DNA of 32,634 bases from Coriobacteriaceae bacterium. GTDB lineage: Bacteria > Actinomycetota > Coriobacteriia > Anaerosomatales > SLCP01. The notes below the pieces were generated by a model, which was given only the letters and a program-made list of their open reading frames with translations, made no database searches and was not told where the DNA came from. Shown piece after piece: positions 1 to 9,093 of the stretch. The stretch spans positions 1 through 32,634 of the forward strand of contig PWVH01000014.1 in NCBI GenBank assembly GCA_003563465.1. The letters run 5' to 3'. A program made the position numbers and the translations under genes. How positions within the stretch are numbered: position 1 is the stretch's first letter; the number at the start of each line of letters is the position of its first letter.

Positions 1-1068
1 GTGGCGGCGCTGTCTTTCGCAATAGGCATGCGCGGCGGAGCATACTCTCTCTATGTGGCCGAGGGCCGTGACGAGCGCATCCTGCCCAATGTCTTGCACA
101 CCGCGCGCTTCATCTGGGTCGTTACGGCGGTCTACGTCACCGCCGGGACGCTCACTCTCTTCGGACTCGCCACGTATCTGGGCATGGCGCCCGAGCGCGG
201 GATATTGCATGCCTTCTGGTTGTCCGCGGCCGCATTCGACACCGGGGGATTCGCGCCGCAGCGGATGAATCTCATGTACTACCATAACCACTTCGTCGAG
301 CTTGTAGCGCTGTTCCTTATGATGGCCGGATCGCTTAACTTCGCCTTGCACGCGCATGTATGGCGCGGGGCGACGTCTGAGATCCGCAAGAACCTCGAAA
401 CGCGCGTGCTCGCTTTCGTGGTGACCGTCATGTCGGCTCTCGTTGTCGCGGGCCTCGGCTCGTCGGACTCGTTCTCCGGTGCGTTCGGGACGTTTCGCAA
501 AGGTGTCTTTCAGGTGATCTCCGGGCACAGTGCCGGTCATCAGACCGTCTACGGGAACCAGCTGATGCTCGACCTCGGAGGAGCGGGGCTTATCGCGCTT
601 ATCCTCGGCATGGCTGTCGGGGGGTCGCTGTCCTCAACAGGTGGAGGCGTCAAGGCCCTGCGTGTGGGGGCGATCTCGAAGTCGATACTGTTACAGATCA
701 AGAAGGCGCTCGCGCCCCAGAGCGCGGCCATCGATGTGCGGTATCATCACCTCGGCCCTCGGATCCTCACTCCGGAGCTCACAGGCGCGGCGGCGACCAT
801 ATTCATCCTCTATCTCGGCACGTATCTTCTGGGAGGCATCGTGGGGGCAGCATATGGGTACGGCACCCCGCAGGCGATGTTCGAATCGGTGTCGGCCACG
901 GCCAACTCCGGGCTGTCTATCGGCATCACTTCAGCTGCGATGCCCACCGGGCTCAAGCTCACGTACATGTTCCAGATGTGGGCAGGCCGCCTCGAGTTCA
1001 TCGCGGTCCTCGTGGTCATCGCTCAGGTGATTCTCGCTTTCAACCTCAAGGGGAGACGTGCGAGATGA
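1..1068 (+). CDS. trkH: TrkH/KtrB-family K+ transporter membrane subunit, C-terminal part (5' end outside window)
   Basis: ORF is open from the window edge. It is a multi-TM protein with TrkH-type pore-loop motifs (GGSLSSTGGGVKALRVG, SATANSGLSIG). Stop TGA at 1066-1068. Confidence 0.85.
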   Translation: MAALSFAIGMRGGAYSLYVAEGRDERILPNVLHTARFIWVVTAVYVTAGTLTLFGLATYLGMAPERGILHAFWLSAAAFDTGGFAPQRMNLMYYHNHFVELVALFLMMAGSLNFALHAHVWRGATSEIRKNLETRVLAFVVTVMSALVVAGLGSSDSFSGAFGTFRKGVFQVISGHSAGHQTVYGNQLMLDLGGAGLIALILGMAVGGSLSSTGGGVKALRVGAISKSILLQIKKALAPQSAAIDVRYHHLGPRILTPELTGAAATIFILYLGTYLLGGIVGAAYGYGTPQAMFESVSATANSGLSIGITSAAMPTGLKLTYMFQMWAGRLEFIAVLVVIAQVILAFNLKGRRAR

Positions 1069-1574
1069 GACGCGTATTCGGCATAGCTGCTCTCGCGGTG
1101 GGGCTGCTTGCTTCAGCGGTCTCTCCCGCACTGGCCTTTCGCGATGGCGTGATGTCTCCAGCCGAGGTAATAGCCATCGACCGCGACCGCGACGGCAGTG
1201 TCATCACGGTGGAAGGGGAGGCGGTCGGGGAGCATCTTCGCGCCGCCGGAGGCGGCAGGTGGGTGAACATCTTGGGGGATGAGGTCGGCCTCGGAATATG
1301 GGTTACCGAGGAGATGGCAGAAAGCATCGAATACTTCGGGGACTACCGCTACGACGGCGACATCGTGCGAGTCACGGGAGTCGTCAATGTCGCATGCGAG
1401 CAGCATGGCGGCGAGTTCGACGTGCACGCGCAGAAACTCGAGATCATCTCGCGTGGCGGACCGAGACCTGTCGAGGTCAGGCCCGTGAAGGGCATCGTCG
1501 GTGCAGTGGGCCTCGTGCTCGCTTTCGGTCTTTGGCGCCTCTACATCCACCGTCGCGAACGCCGCATGCTCTGA
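1065..1574 (+). CDS. Hypothetical exported, membrane-anchored protein (possible OB-fold-like beta domain)
   Basis: ATG 1065 overlaps the trkH stop (ATGA). Has an N-terminal signal peptide MRRVFGIAALAVGLLASAVSPALA and a C-terminal TM helix VGAVGLVLAFGLWRLYI followed by basic residues. The family was not recognised with certainty. Confidence 0.6.
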   Translation: MRRVFGIAALAVGLLASAVSPALAFRDGVMSPAEVIAIDRDRDGSVITVEGEAVGEHLRAAGGGRWVNILGDEVGLGIWVTEEMAESIEYFGDYRYDGDIVRVTGVVNVACEQHGGEFDVHAQKLEIISRGGPRPVEVRPVKGIVGAVGLVLAFGLWRLYIHRRERRML

Positions 1575-1637
1575 ACGACTCCGGGGTATGAACCGCACAT
1601 GGCGTGCCCAGAGTTGCGATTGAGCGGAGGCCTGGAG

Positions 1638-2240
1638 ATGCCGACGAAAGCGCGAATGTTTGCGATCGCCGTCGCGGTGCCTTGCGCACTGGTTCTGGCG
1701 CTTGTAGTCGGCGGGTGCGCTGCCGAGGAGCCCGAACCGACCGCCCTGCCGCCTTCTGTCGAGCCCGAGTCGCCCGCCGAAGAGCCACCTTCGGAGCGGC
1801 CGGCCTCGGCCTTTCCGTGGGCCGATGTCGAGCTCGAGGACGTCAGCACGGGCGAGACCTTCCGAATCTCCGATTTCGCAGGCAGACCGGTGCTCGTCAA
1901 GACGTTCGCCGTGTGGTGAAGCGTCTGTCGCCGTCAGTTGACGGAGACTAGCAAGCTCGTGCGAGAAACTGATGAGGTCGTAGTGGTCGCCGTCGACATC
2001 GACCGAAACGATGACGCTCAGGCGGTGCGCGACCACATCGATCGCAACGACTTTGCAGGCTTGTTCGTTGTGGCGCCCCTCGAGATGACCGAGATGCTGA
2101 CCGACGAGTTCGGCACTGTGATAGTTATTCCGCCGAGAACGCCCAAGATACTCCTCAACTCTGCGCAGACAGATGCGGACCTGTTCACGGGAGTGAAGTC
2201 CGCCGAGGAATTGCTTGCGATAGCCGAGGACACTCGGTGA
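1638..2240 (+). CDS. TlpA/ResA-like thiol:disulfide oxidoreductase lipoprotein, selenoprotein (Sec encoded by in-frame TGA 1917-1919; motif W-U-S-V-C)
   Basis: ORF-track entries 1599..1919 and 1938..2240 are in the same frame and are separated only by TGA 1917-1919. The joined sequence reads ...RISDFAGRPVLVKTFAVW-U-SVCRRQLTETSKLVRETDEVVVVAVDIDRNDD..., a thioredoxin-fold WCxxC context with Sec in the first position. A GGAGG RBS precedes ATG 1638. The lipobox is LVVGG|C. A hairpin follows the TGA, and selD/selA/selB are in the same window. Confidence 0.8.
1923..1948 (+). promoter_or_regulatory. Putative bacterial SECIS hairpin for the TlpA-like selenoprotein
   Basis: Upper stem CCGTC(1931-1935)/GACGG(1940-1944) with apical loop AGUU. 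Lower stem GTCT(1923-1926)/AGAC(1945-1948) with a 4-nt 5' bulge. The apical G-U lies about 20 nt after the UGA. Confidence 0.55.
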
Positions 2241-2260
2241 GCGGTCGCTAGTGATTAGCT

Positions 2261-2929
2261 GTGACCACGCTTGCCGACCTTGCAGTGACGTTCTGGCTCG
2301 GGGTGCTCACTCCGGCCACGGCACTTTGCGTCATCCCGCTTTATCCGGCGTTCCTCTCGCGTCTCGCGCGCACCGTCGGGGAGCGGCACGATTCGCGCCG
2401 CTATCTGGCTTTGTTCGGCGTGCTGGTGAGCGCGGGCGTCATCGCGTTCATGGCGCTTGTAGGTGTGGTGTTCACGACATGGCTGCAGGCCTCACTCACA
2501 CGCGTGATCGGAATCGTCTCGCCGATCGCGTTCGCGATCATTCTGTTTGCCGGTGTGGTGCTGGTCGTGGGATGGAAGCCCAAGCGCAAGGTTCGCCCGA
2601 ATCGAATCACGAACCCCTACGTCGCCGCGTTCGCCTACGGCTTCTTTTTCGGGGCTATCGTGATTCCGTGCAACCCGGCGCTGATCGCAGCTTTCTTTGC
2701 CCGGGTAGCCACAGTAACCGATGTGGCCACCAACATCGCCTTGTTCACCGCGTTCACTCTTGGCATCTGCGCACCGCTTTTGGCCTTCTCGCTGGCGAGC
2801 CGTGCGGCAAGCCGCTGGATGGTCAACTCTCTCGTCGCCTACGAGCGACCGATCGGAGTCGTGGCCGGACTCACCATGATCGGTGTGGCCATCTACTATC
2901 TGGTGTTCGTGTTTAGGGTGTTTGGGTAG
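2261..2929 (+). CDS. ccdA: CcdA/DsbD-family cytochrome c biogenesis / thiol-disulfide electron transfer membrane protein
   Basis: Polytopic membrane protein with the two CcdA-type Cys motifs (LTPATALCVIPLYPAF and AIVIPCNPALIAAFF). Lies directly downstream of the TlpA-like gene. GTG start. Confidence 0.85.
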   Translation: MTTLADLAVTFWLGVLTPATALCVIPLYPAFLSRLARTVGERHDSRRYLALFGVLVSAGVIAFMALVGVVFTTWLQASLTRVIGIVSPIAFAIILFAGVVLVVGWKPKRKVRPNRITNPYVAAFAYGFFFGAIVIPCNPALIAAFFARVATVTDVATNIALFTAFTLGICAPLLAFSLASRAASRWMVNSLVAYERPIGVVAGLTMIGVAIYYLVFVFRVFG

Positions 2930-2933
2930 AGCG

Positions 2934-2988
2934 GGTGGCGCAAATGGCGAAGTCGGTCCGGTGGCGCAGAGGAGGCGAATTCGAGTTC
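2934..2988. repeat. Imperfect tandem duplication (26 + 29 nt) in a 340-nt non-coding gap
   Basis: GGTGGCGCA occurs at 2934-2942 and 2960-2968. The copies are followed by GGCGAAGTCGG and GGCGAATTCGAG respectively. Confidence 0.5.
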
Positions 2989-3270
2989 GGGCAACGTGGC
3001 ATAGTGTCTAACAGTGCTTTGTCTCGGGCAGTCGCGCCCCTACGAGTCACCATCCCACCACCGCCGCCCACCCACATCGCGCCTCTTCGGCGGGTCTTTT
3101 GATGCGAAGTTTCTGTCGTTAGCGTATGCTCTCGACGGCAAGTCGGCATGTTTGCTGCTTCAGAATACGCGTCGGCACCGTGCGCCGGACAGCAGACCGC
3201 ACTCAACCCGGGTCGCATGCGTGCCGACGAGAGTGTAGGCGCCTAAATATTCGAGAACGGAGGCACGGAG

Positions 3271-4173
3271 TTGACCGCTGGTTCGCACAGCGCAGCTAGC
3301 CGGTCTGAGAATCATGTCGAAGAGACGCTTGCCCGCGTGGCATCTGAGCGTGGAGCGCGCGTTGTCAGCGATGTGCGGCTGGACCTCGGGGGGCATACGC
3401 AGTACTACTCGCACATCCTGGTAGACAACCTCGGCCTGCTTGTCATCGATGTCTTGAGTTGGCCCGGTGCCCGCGTGAAGGGATCGACCGGCTTTGCCAA
3501 GTGGACCGCCAAGGGCGAGTCGGGACCGCGTGAGACGTTTGCAAATCCCCTTCCCGCCAACGAGCGGCGGACCAAGCTGCTTGCCGAGGTCCTCTTGACT
3601 TGCGGAAGGCGGCTTGCACCTGAGTACTTCTCCGACCTCGTGGTGTTCTCCGGGGCCGACATATCCGATGTGTCGGTGCGAGAACCGGAGTCTATCAGGA
3701 TTACCGATGCCGACGAACTAGAGTCCCGCCTGAAGTTGCGCTACGACTTCGCTATGAACGCGGGAGCCCTTGAGGCTTCAGAAGTCGACGATCTCGTGTC
3801 GCTTCTCAGGACGCTCAATCGTGTTGACGATCCGATTGCAGCTGCACAGAGCGGCCGAGGCTCACTCCTCCGAGAAGGAATCTTGGACCTGCTCTTTCGT
3901 AGGCAGCCTGCGCAGGCGACGGTGTGCGACTCCGTGGCGGGCGTAGCGCCTTCGGCACCACGTCTTACCGAGGACACTCCTCCGGACGCAGACACCAAAG
4001 AAACGCATCATCGCGCTGCGGTAGCGGCCGTAGCGATTCCTTTGCTGCTCATGGGTGCGGCGGTCTGGCTCTTCCAATACGGTGGCCTGTCGATAGTGAT
4101 CGACAGCTTGTCAGGGCTCACATTCATGGGCTTCGGCCAGGCCCTCGACGTGAAAGCTGACTCCCTACGCTAG
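3271..4173 (+). CDS. NERD (nuclease-related) domain protein with C-terminal TM segment
   Basis: NERD-like core YYSHILVDNLGLLVIDVLSWPGARVKGSTGFAKWTAK. C-terminal hydrophobic helix AAVAAVAIPLLLMGAAVWLF. TTG start preceded by GGAGG. Confidence 0.6.
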   Translation: MTAGSHSAASRSENHVEETLARVASERGARVVSDVRLDLGGHTQYYSHILVDNLGLLVIDVLSWPGARVKGSTGFAKWTAKGESGPRETFANPLPANERRTKLLAEVLLTCGRRLAPEYFSDLVVFSGADISDVSVREPESIRITDADELESRLKLRYDFAMNAGALEASEVDDLVSLLRTLNRVDDPIAAAQSGRGSLLREGILDLLFRRQPAQATVCDSVAGVAPSAPRLTEDTPPDADTKETHHRAAVAAVAIPLLLMGAAVWLFQYGGLSIVIDSLSGLTFMGFGQALDVKADSLR

Positions 4174-4233
4174 CCTCCACCCTGCTACCATAGTCGCGGC
4201 CTGCTTGACGACAGCCAAGGAGACGCACTTCCG

Positions 4234-5295
4234 ATGACGCCAGCAAGTGACGTCCGCCATACTTTCGGCTCGGACAACCACTCCGGCATCCACCCGCGCA
4301 TGTTGGAGGCGATCGCAGAGGCCAATACGGGCCACACCCACGCCTACGGAGATGACAAGTGGACACGTGAGGCAACCGCGCGCTTCCAAGAGCTCTTCGG
4401 CGAGAACATCGACGTCGCGTTCACCTTCAACGGAACCGGCGCCAACGTGGTCGCCATCGCCAGCCTCTGTCGCCCGTGGGAGTCTGTGATCTGTGCCGAG
4501 ACCGCGCACATCAACGTCGATGAGTGCGCCGCTCCGGAGCGCGTTGCAGGCGTCAAGCTCTTGCCTGTCGCCACACCCGACGGCAAGCTCACGCCTGAGC
4601 TGGTGCGCCCGCATCTGAAAGGCTTCGGCTTCGAGCACCACGCTCAACCCAGGCTGATTTCGGTCTCGCAGGCGAGCGAGTACGGGACGGTGTACTCGCC
4701 TGATGAGCTTCGTTCGCTCGCGGACCTGGCCCACACTCACGGCCTGCTGCTGCACGTCGACGGTGCCAGGTTCGCAAACGCGGTGGCCAGTGTGGGATGC
4801 AGTCCAAAAGAGATGATCTTGGACACCGGCGTCGATGCGCTGACCTTCGGCGGCACCAAGAACGGCATGCTCTGCGGCGAGGCGGTGGTTCTGCTGCACG
4901 GGGCGCCGAGTGACGTGCTCGCTTTCGTGCGCAAGCAGTGCGGTCAGCTTGCGAGCAAGATGCGTTTCGTCTCCGCGCAGTTTGCCGCGATGCTCGACGG
5001 CGACCTGTGGCTCGAACTTGCGAGACACGCAAACGCCATGGCCTCGCGTCTGGCCGAGAGCGCAAGCGGCGTGTCCTGCGTGCGCGTAACTCAGGAAGTG
5101 CAGGCCAACGAGGTTTTCGCGACCTTGCCTCCCGAGGTCATACCTTCTCTAGCGGAGGAGTTCGGCTTCTACGTTTGGGATGAGTCGACCGCCGAGGTGC
5201 GCTGGGTCACCTCGTGGGACACGCGCCCAGAGGACGTGGACGCGCTGGTTGCCGCCGTGCGCGAGGCGTGCGATCAACGGGCTTCTATGCGGTAG
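4234..5295 (+). CDS. ltaE: Low-specificity L-threonine aldolase / beta-eliminating lyase family (PLP-dependent)
   Basis: N-terminus FGSDNHSGIHPRMLEAIAEAN...AYGDD, and the PLP-lysine context TFGGTKNG. Confidence 0.85.
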   Translation: MTPASDVRHTFGSDNHSGIHPRMLEAIAEANTGHTHAYGDDKWTREATARFQELFGENIDVAFTFNGTGANVVAIASLCRPWESVICAETAHINVDECAAPERVAGVKLLPVATPDGKLTPELVRPHLKGFGFEHHAQPRLISVSQASEYGTVYSPDELRSLADLAHTHGLLLHVDGARFANAVASVGCSPKEMILDTGVDALTFGGTKNGMLCGEAVVLLHGAPSDVLAFVRKQCGQLASKMRFVSAQFAAMLDGDLWLELARHANAMASRLAESASGVSCVRVTQEVQANEVFATLPPEVIPSLAEEFGFYVWDESTAEVRWVTSWDTRPEDVDALVAAVREACDQRASMR

Positions 5296-6539
5296 ACGGT
5301 GCCGCCGAAGTCTACGACGTAGAGCTCGCCTTCGTCGCTCTCGCCGAAGCTCACCACGGCGATCCCGCTCTCCAGCAGCTCGCGGTTGCTCGCACTTCCG
5401 TCTGGATCGCGTACCAGACCCCATATTCGACCTGTGACGTAATCGCCGTAGAGGTAGACTCCGCGCATTGTCGAGAAGTTCCGCCCTCGGTAGACGAAGC
5501 CCCCTGTCACAGAGCGTCCGATCGGATGCCGGTACTCGACGATCGGCCAGGCGAATTCGTCTAGGTCCTCCGTGACTTCTCTGTCGGGCGGATAAGGCGC
5601 CGTGCCCTCGAACAGGTTCCAGCCCCAGTTCTCACCGCCATCGCTTCCGGCAGGCTGGAAGTTCACCTCTTCGACCTGGTTCTGTCCCACGTCGGCGATC
5701 CAGAGGTCGCCTGTCTCTCGGTCGAACGAGAAGCGCCAAGGGTTGCGCAGACCGTACGACCAGATCTCGGGGCGCGCTTCCGCCTGGCCCAAGAACGGGT
5801 TGTCCGGTGGGATGGAGTAGCCGGGCTGGAAGGAACGCGTGACCGGCTCTGGACTGTCGGCTGACTCTCCCACGTCGATCCGCAGCATCGCGCCGAGCAA
5901 GGTTGAGAGGTCTTGCCCGTTTCCTTCCGGATCCCCAGCACTCCCGCCGTCGCCGAGGCTCGTGTACAGATAGCCGTCCGGGCCGAAGGCGATGTTGCCA
6001 CCGTTGTGGTTAGCATACGGCTGCTCGACCCGCAACAGCACCTGCTCGCTCTCTCGGTCCGCCAGCTCGCCGACATCGCGGAATCGCGAGATCACGCTCG
6101 ATCCGCCGCGGTCCGTGTAGCTGACGTAGAAGTATCCATGCTCCGAGAAGCGTTCGGGGAAGGCTACACCGAGGAGACCCCGCTCGGACTCGGTGCTCAC
6201 CGCGTCGGAGAGGTCGAGAAAGGGCTTGGGCTTGATCGAGGGAGGGAAGAGGACTTTCAGCCGCCCGGTCTTCTCTGCCACGAACACGCGGCCGGAGCCG
6301 TCACCCGCGCCGGTTGCCAGGAGCGGCTGTTCGAAGCCGTCGGCCAGAGGCAAGAGGGCTATCTCGAGTGCATCTAGGTCGGGACGATCGTCGGGCGGCT
6401 CAGTGGGCTCGACGTCGGCCCGGGGTACAGGCGGGCTGACCACCGACGGCTCCTCGGGCTCCGCACATCCGGGCGCGAGGGCGACCGAGGCAGCAGTCAG
6501 CAAGACCGCCAGAGCAGTCACAAGGGCGCGCGGTTTCAC
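5274..6539 (-). CDS. PQQ-dependent soluble sugar (glucose/sorbosone) dehydrogenase, lipoprotein
   Basis: Beta-propeller motifs YANHNGGNIAFGPDGYLYTSLGDGG and WSYGLRNPWRFSFDRETGDLWIADVGQN. GTG start at 6539 with GGAGGA 8 nt upstream. Signal/lipobox LAPG|C. The ORF-track entry runs on to 7406, but that part is antisense to real genes. Confidence 0.85.
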   Translation of the reverse strand: MKPRALVTALAVLLTAASVALAPGCAEPEEPSVVSPPVPRADVEPTEPPDDRPDLDALEIALLPLADGFEQPLLATGAGDGSGRVFVAEKTGRLKVLFPPSIKPKPFLDLSDAVSTESERGLLGVAFPERFSEHGYFYVSYTDRGGSSVISRFRDVGELADRESEQVLLRVEQPYANHNGGNIAFGPDGYLYTSLGDGGSAGDPEGNGQDLSTLLGAMLRIDVGESADSPEPVTRSFQPGYSIPPDNPFLGQAEARPEIWSYGLRNPWRFSFDRETGDLWIADVGQNQVEEVNFQPAGSDGGENWGWNLFEGTAPYPPDREVTEDLDEFAWPIVEYRHPIGRSVTGGFVYRGRNFSTMRGVYLYGDYVTGRIWGLVRDPDGSASNRELLESGIAVVSFGESDEGELYVVDFGGTVYRIEAR

Positions 6540-6746
6540 GACAGGTCCTCCTCGGCGTAGAGACACTCCAGGCCACAAGCAGGGCACACCTAGGTACCTT
6601 CCCAAGAGACGGCAGCTTGCCCAGGCGGACCGGTTCATCAGCGCGTCTTCGGGAATGCAGGAGGGCATCAGTTGGCGTCTCTCCGATCTGCGTGCGGTCC
6701 TGTCCGGGGTGCAGACGTAGGAGCCTGCCTGGCGTACCATGCCCTT

Positions 6747-7256
6747 ATGCTCTTTCTGGTGGACGGATACAACGTCACGAAGTCCGACCCTGTGACACGC
6801 GGCCTGGACCTCGAAGGACAGCGACACGCGCTCGTGGCTCGTCTGCGGGCTCGAGGGCGCGAGATGCTCGGGGTCGGAAGGATCGTGGTGGTCTTCGACG
6901 GTGAGGGCGGTCTCGGAATGTCGAGCGCAACAGGCGCCGGCAGCGCTCCTGTAGAGGCGGTCTTTTCGCGCGAACAGTCTGCCGACGACCTCCTCGTACG
7001 TATCGCCTCGGGTGCGGCGGGCGAAAGCTTGTGCCTGGTGAGTTCGGATGTCGGGTTGACAGAACGCATCCGGCTCCAACGTGCTGGGCGTGTCGAGGTG
7101 CGAGGGCGCGAAGCAGCCTTCGAGTCCGCGGGGCGGGGAAAGGCGCGTAAAGGACGTGCTCGCTATCCGGCCTCTTCGGCAGGCATCCCTGCGGGAGGTA
7201 ACAGAATCACCGAGGAACTCAAGGGAGTATGGCTCGCCGAGGAGGACGGGGAGTGA
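6747..7256 (+). CDS. NYN/YacP-like (PIN-fold) predicted RNA-binding/ribonuclease protein
   Basis: MLFLVDGYNVTKSD... N-terminus, and the ...VVFDG... and ...SADDLLV...LVSSD... pattern typical of YacP/DUF901. Confidence 0.7.
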   Translation: MLFLVDGYNVTKSDPVTRGLDLEGQRHALVARLRARGREMLGVGRIVVVFDGEGGLGMSSATGAGSAPVEAVFSREQSADDLLVRIASGAAGESLCLVSSDVGLTERIRLQRAGRVEVRGREAAFESAGRGKARKGRARYPASSAGIPAGGNRITEELKGVWLAEEDGE

Positions 7257-7257
7257 C

Positions 7258-8013
7258 ATGCCGGGCATCGGCGTCGTAGTCAATGTACTGAGCGTGCTTG
7301 CCGGCACCGCTGTCGGACTGGTGTTCGGCAGACTGATCGCAGAGCGCTTCAGGGCGATTGCGTTCACTGGCATAGGGCTGGCGACGATAGTCATCGGAGG
7401 CAGCATGAGCCTGGGCGGCCTTGCCGAATTGGGTGCAAGCGACCTCGGGGCTTACTCGGCGCTTCTGCTGGTCGGATCGATCGTAATAGGTGCGCTCGTG
7501 GGCGAAGGTCTGCGGATAGAGTACTGGCTCGACAGATTCGGCCAGTTTCTGCAGAAACTCGCATACAGAGCACCGGTGCTCGCTCCTGGACGCGCGGACC
7601 AACCCGGCGAGAAGGCGCACACGCTCGTAGAAGGGTTCGTCACCGCTTCGCTGCTCTTCTGCGTGGGGGCGATGACGATCCTCGGCTCGATCCAGGACGG
7701 TCTCGGCGACCCTTCGCTGCTCTATCTGAAGTCGTTACTCGACGGCATGGCGTCCGTGGCGCTGGCGACGACCTTGGGTGCGGGAGTCGGATTGTCGGTG
7801 ATTCCGATCATAGTCATCCAAGGCGGCATCGTGCTAGGCGCTCACTCTGTCGAGCCCTTGATGACCGCGCCGGTGATCAACGCCATCCAGGCGGCAGGTG
7901 GAGCGCTGATTCTGGCTATCGGACTCGACCTTTCCGGAATCAAGCGGCTTCCTGTCGGCAACATGCTGCCCGCAATAGTGATCGCCGCGGTTCTGGCAGG
8001 GATACTGACGTGA
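7258..8013 (+). CDS. DUF554-family membrane protein
   Basis: MPGIGVVVNVLSVLAGTAVGLVFG... N-terminus. Polytopic membrane protein. Starts 2 nt after the upstream stop. Confidence 0.75.
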   Translation: MPGIGVVVNVLSVLAGTAVGLVFGRLIAERFRAIAFTGIGLATIVIGGSMSLGGLAELGASDLGAYSALLLVGSIVIGALVGEGLRIEYWLDRFGQFLQKLAYRAPVLAPGRADQPGEKAHTLVEGFVTASLLFCVGAMTILGSIQDGLGDPSLLYLKSLLDGMASVALATTLGAGVGLSVIPIIVIQGGIVLGAHSVEPLMTAPVINAIQAAGGALILAIGLDLSGIKRLPVGNMLPAIVIAAVLAGILT

Positions 8014-8417
8014 CCGAGGGGACAACTAAGGATACGAGCGAGCACAAGACTTGCTCGAGGCCGCCCATCCCGCGTTTCAACTGGGGCGCATTCCTGATTC
8101 CGCCTATCTGGGGAGTGGCACACGGACAGTGGGCGGCCGTCTTCTTCGTGCCGCTCTGGGTGTTCGTCGACAACATGATTCGCGGTCCCAGACCTTTCGG
8201 CGTATGGAGCGTGGTTGTTGGTTACGCGATGGCGGCGGTAACGCTCGGATTCCAGGTCGCCTTTGCGCTCAACGCCAACCGCTTCGCCTGGTCGCGGGTG
8301 GCCGATCAAATAAGCCCGGAGGAGTTCAGGCGCCGGCAGCGCATCTGGGGCGTCGCGGGCCTGGCCGGCGCTGTCGCGGTCGCAGCTTGGATCACCGCCT
8401 CTGCCTCGGGCGCTTGA
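8010..8417 (+). CDS. Small hypothetical membrane protein
   Basis: GTG start overlaps the upstream stop (GTGA). Motif NWGAFLIPPIWGVAHGQW followed by TM helices. Confidence 0.55.
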   Translation: MTEGTTKDTSEHKTCSRPPIPRFNWGAFLIPPIWGVAHGQWAAVFFVPLWVFVDNMIRGPRPFGVWSVVVGYAMAAVTLGFQVAFALNANRFAWSRVADQISPEEFRRRQRIWGVAGLAGAVAVAAWITASASGA

Positions 8418-8436
8418 GGCGGATCGGCATGGTCTC

Positions 8437-9093
8437 TCAGAGAGCCTCTCGCCATCCTTTGACCTGGAACGCGCTGGGACACACATCGTTGAGCCTGCAC
8501 GCTCCACATGCGGGCCGCTTAGCGGTGCATATGGCACGCCCGTGGTCTATGAAGCGGTAGTTCACACTGAACCACTGATCGCGCGGGATTATCTGCATCA
8601 GGTCGCGCTCGACCTTGTCGGGGTCCTTTTCTTCGGAAAGACCGAACCGATGCGCGAGCCTGAACACGTGAGTGTCGACAGCTATTCCTTCCACCTTGTC
8701 GAATGCATTGCCGATGACGATGTTCGCCGTCTTGCGCGCTACTCCGGGCAGGGAGATGAGCCCCTCCATCGTGTCGGGCACCTCGCCGTCGAATTCGGCC
8801 ACGATCTTTCTCGCCGCACCGATTATCGCCTTGGCTTTGTTACGGAAGAATCCGGTCGGGCGGATGATCTCCTCGACTTCTGTGGGGTCGGCCTCGGCGA
8901 GATCCTTCGGCTCCGGGAACCTCTCGAAGAGCTTGGGCGTGACCTTGTTGACACCGACGTCGGTGGTCTGTGCCGAAAGGATGACCGCTACCAGCAGGTG
9001 GAAGGGCGAATCGTACTCGAGCATGATGTGCGCGTCGGGGTAGAACTCCGCCAGACGGTTCATGATCACGCGAGCTCGCTCCGTCCTGTCCAT
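8437..9093 (-). CDS. nth: Endonuclease III (DNA-(apurinic/apyrimidinic site) lyase)
   Basis: HhH-GPD core LLVAVILSAQTTDVGVN and LISLPGVARKTANIV, plus the C-terminal 4Fe-4S Cys cluster CTAKRPACGACRLNDVC. Start chosen at the ATG (MDRTERAR) with GGAGG 6 nt upstream. Confidence 0.9.
   Translation of the reverse strand: MDRTERARVIMNRLAEFYPDAHIMLEYDSPFHLLVAVILSAQTTDVGVNKVTPKLFERFPEPKDLAEADPTEVEEIIRPTGFFRNKAKAIIGAARKIVAEFDGEVPDTMEGLISLPGVARKTANIVIGNAFDKVEGIAVDTHVFRLAHRFGLSEEKDPDKVERDLMQIIPRDQWFSVNYRFIDHGRAICTAKRPACGACRLNDVCPSAFQVKGWREAL

Noticed and set aside
3041-3070. Sequence resembling the 3' end of tRNA-Leu (CGAGTC...CCCACCACCGCC, compare 20711-20727) as a possible att site or island boundary
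   Set aside because: Only 6+12 nt match, with a 5-nt insertion. The fragment lies upstream of the intact tRNA, which is the wrong side for a tRNA-3'-end integration. The intervening 17 kb is core housekeeping (mfd, eno, pyk), and there is no integrase.
6540-7406. Upstream 288 codons of the 710-aa minus-strand ORF (5274..7406)
   Set aside because: Homology to PQQ sugar dehydrogenases begins only after an internal GTG (6539) that has a GGAGGA RBS and a lipoprotein signal. The extension is antisense to the NYN and DUF554 genes and has Arg/Ser/Pro-rich shadow-ORF composition.
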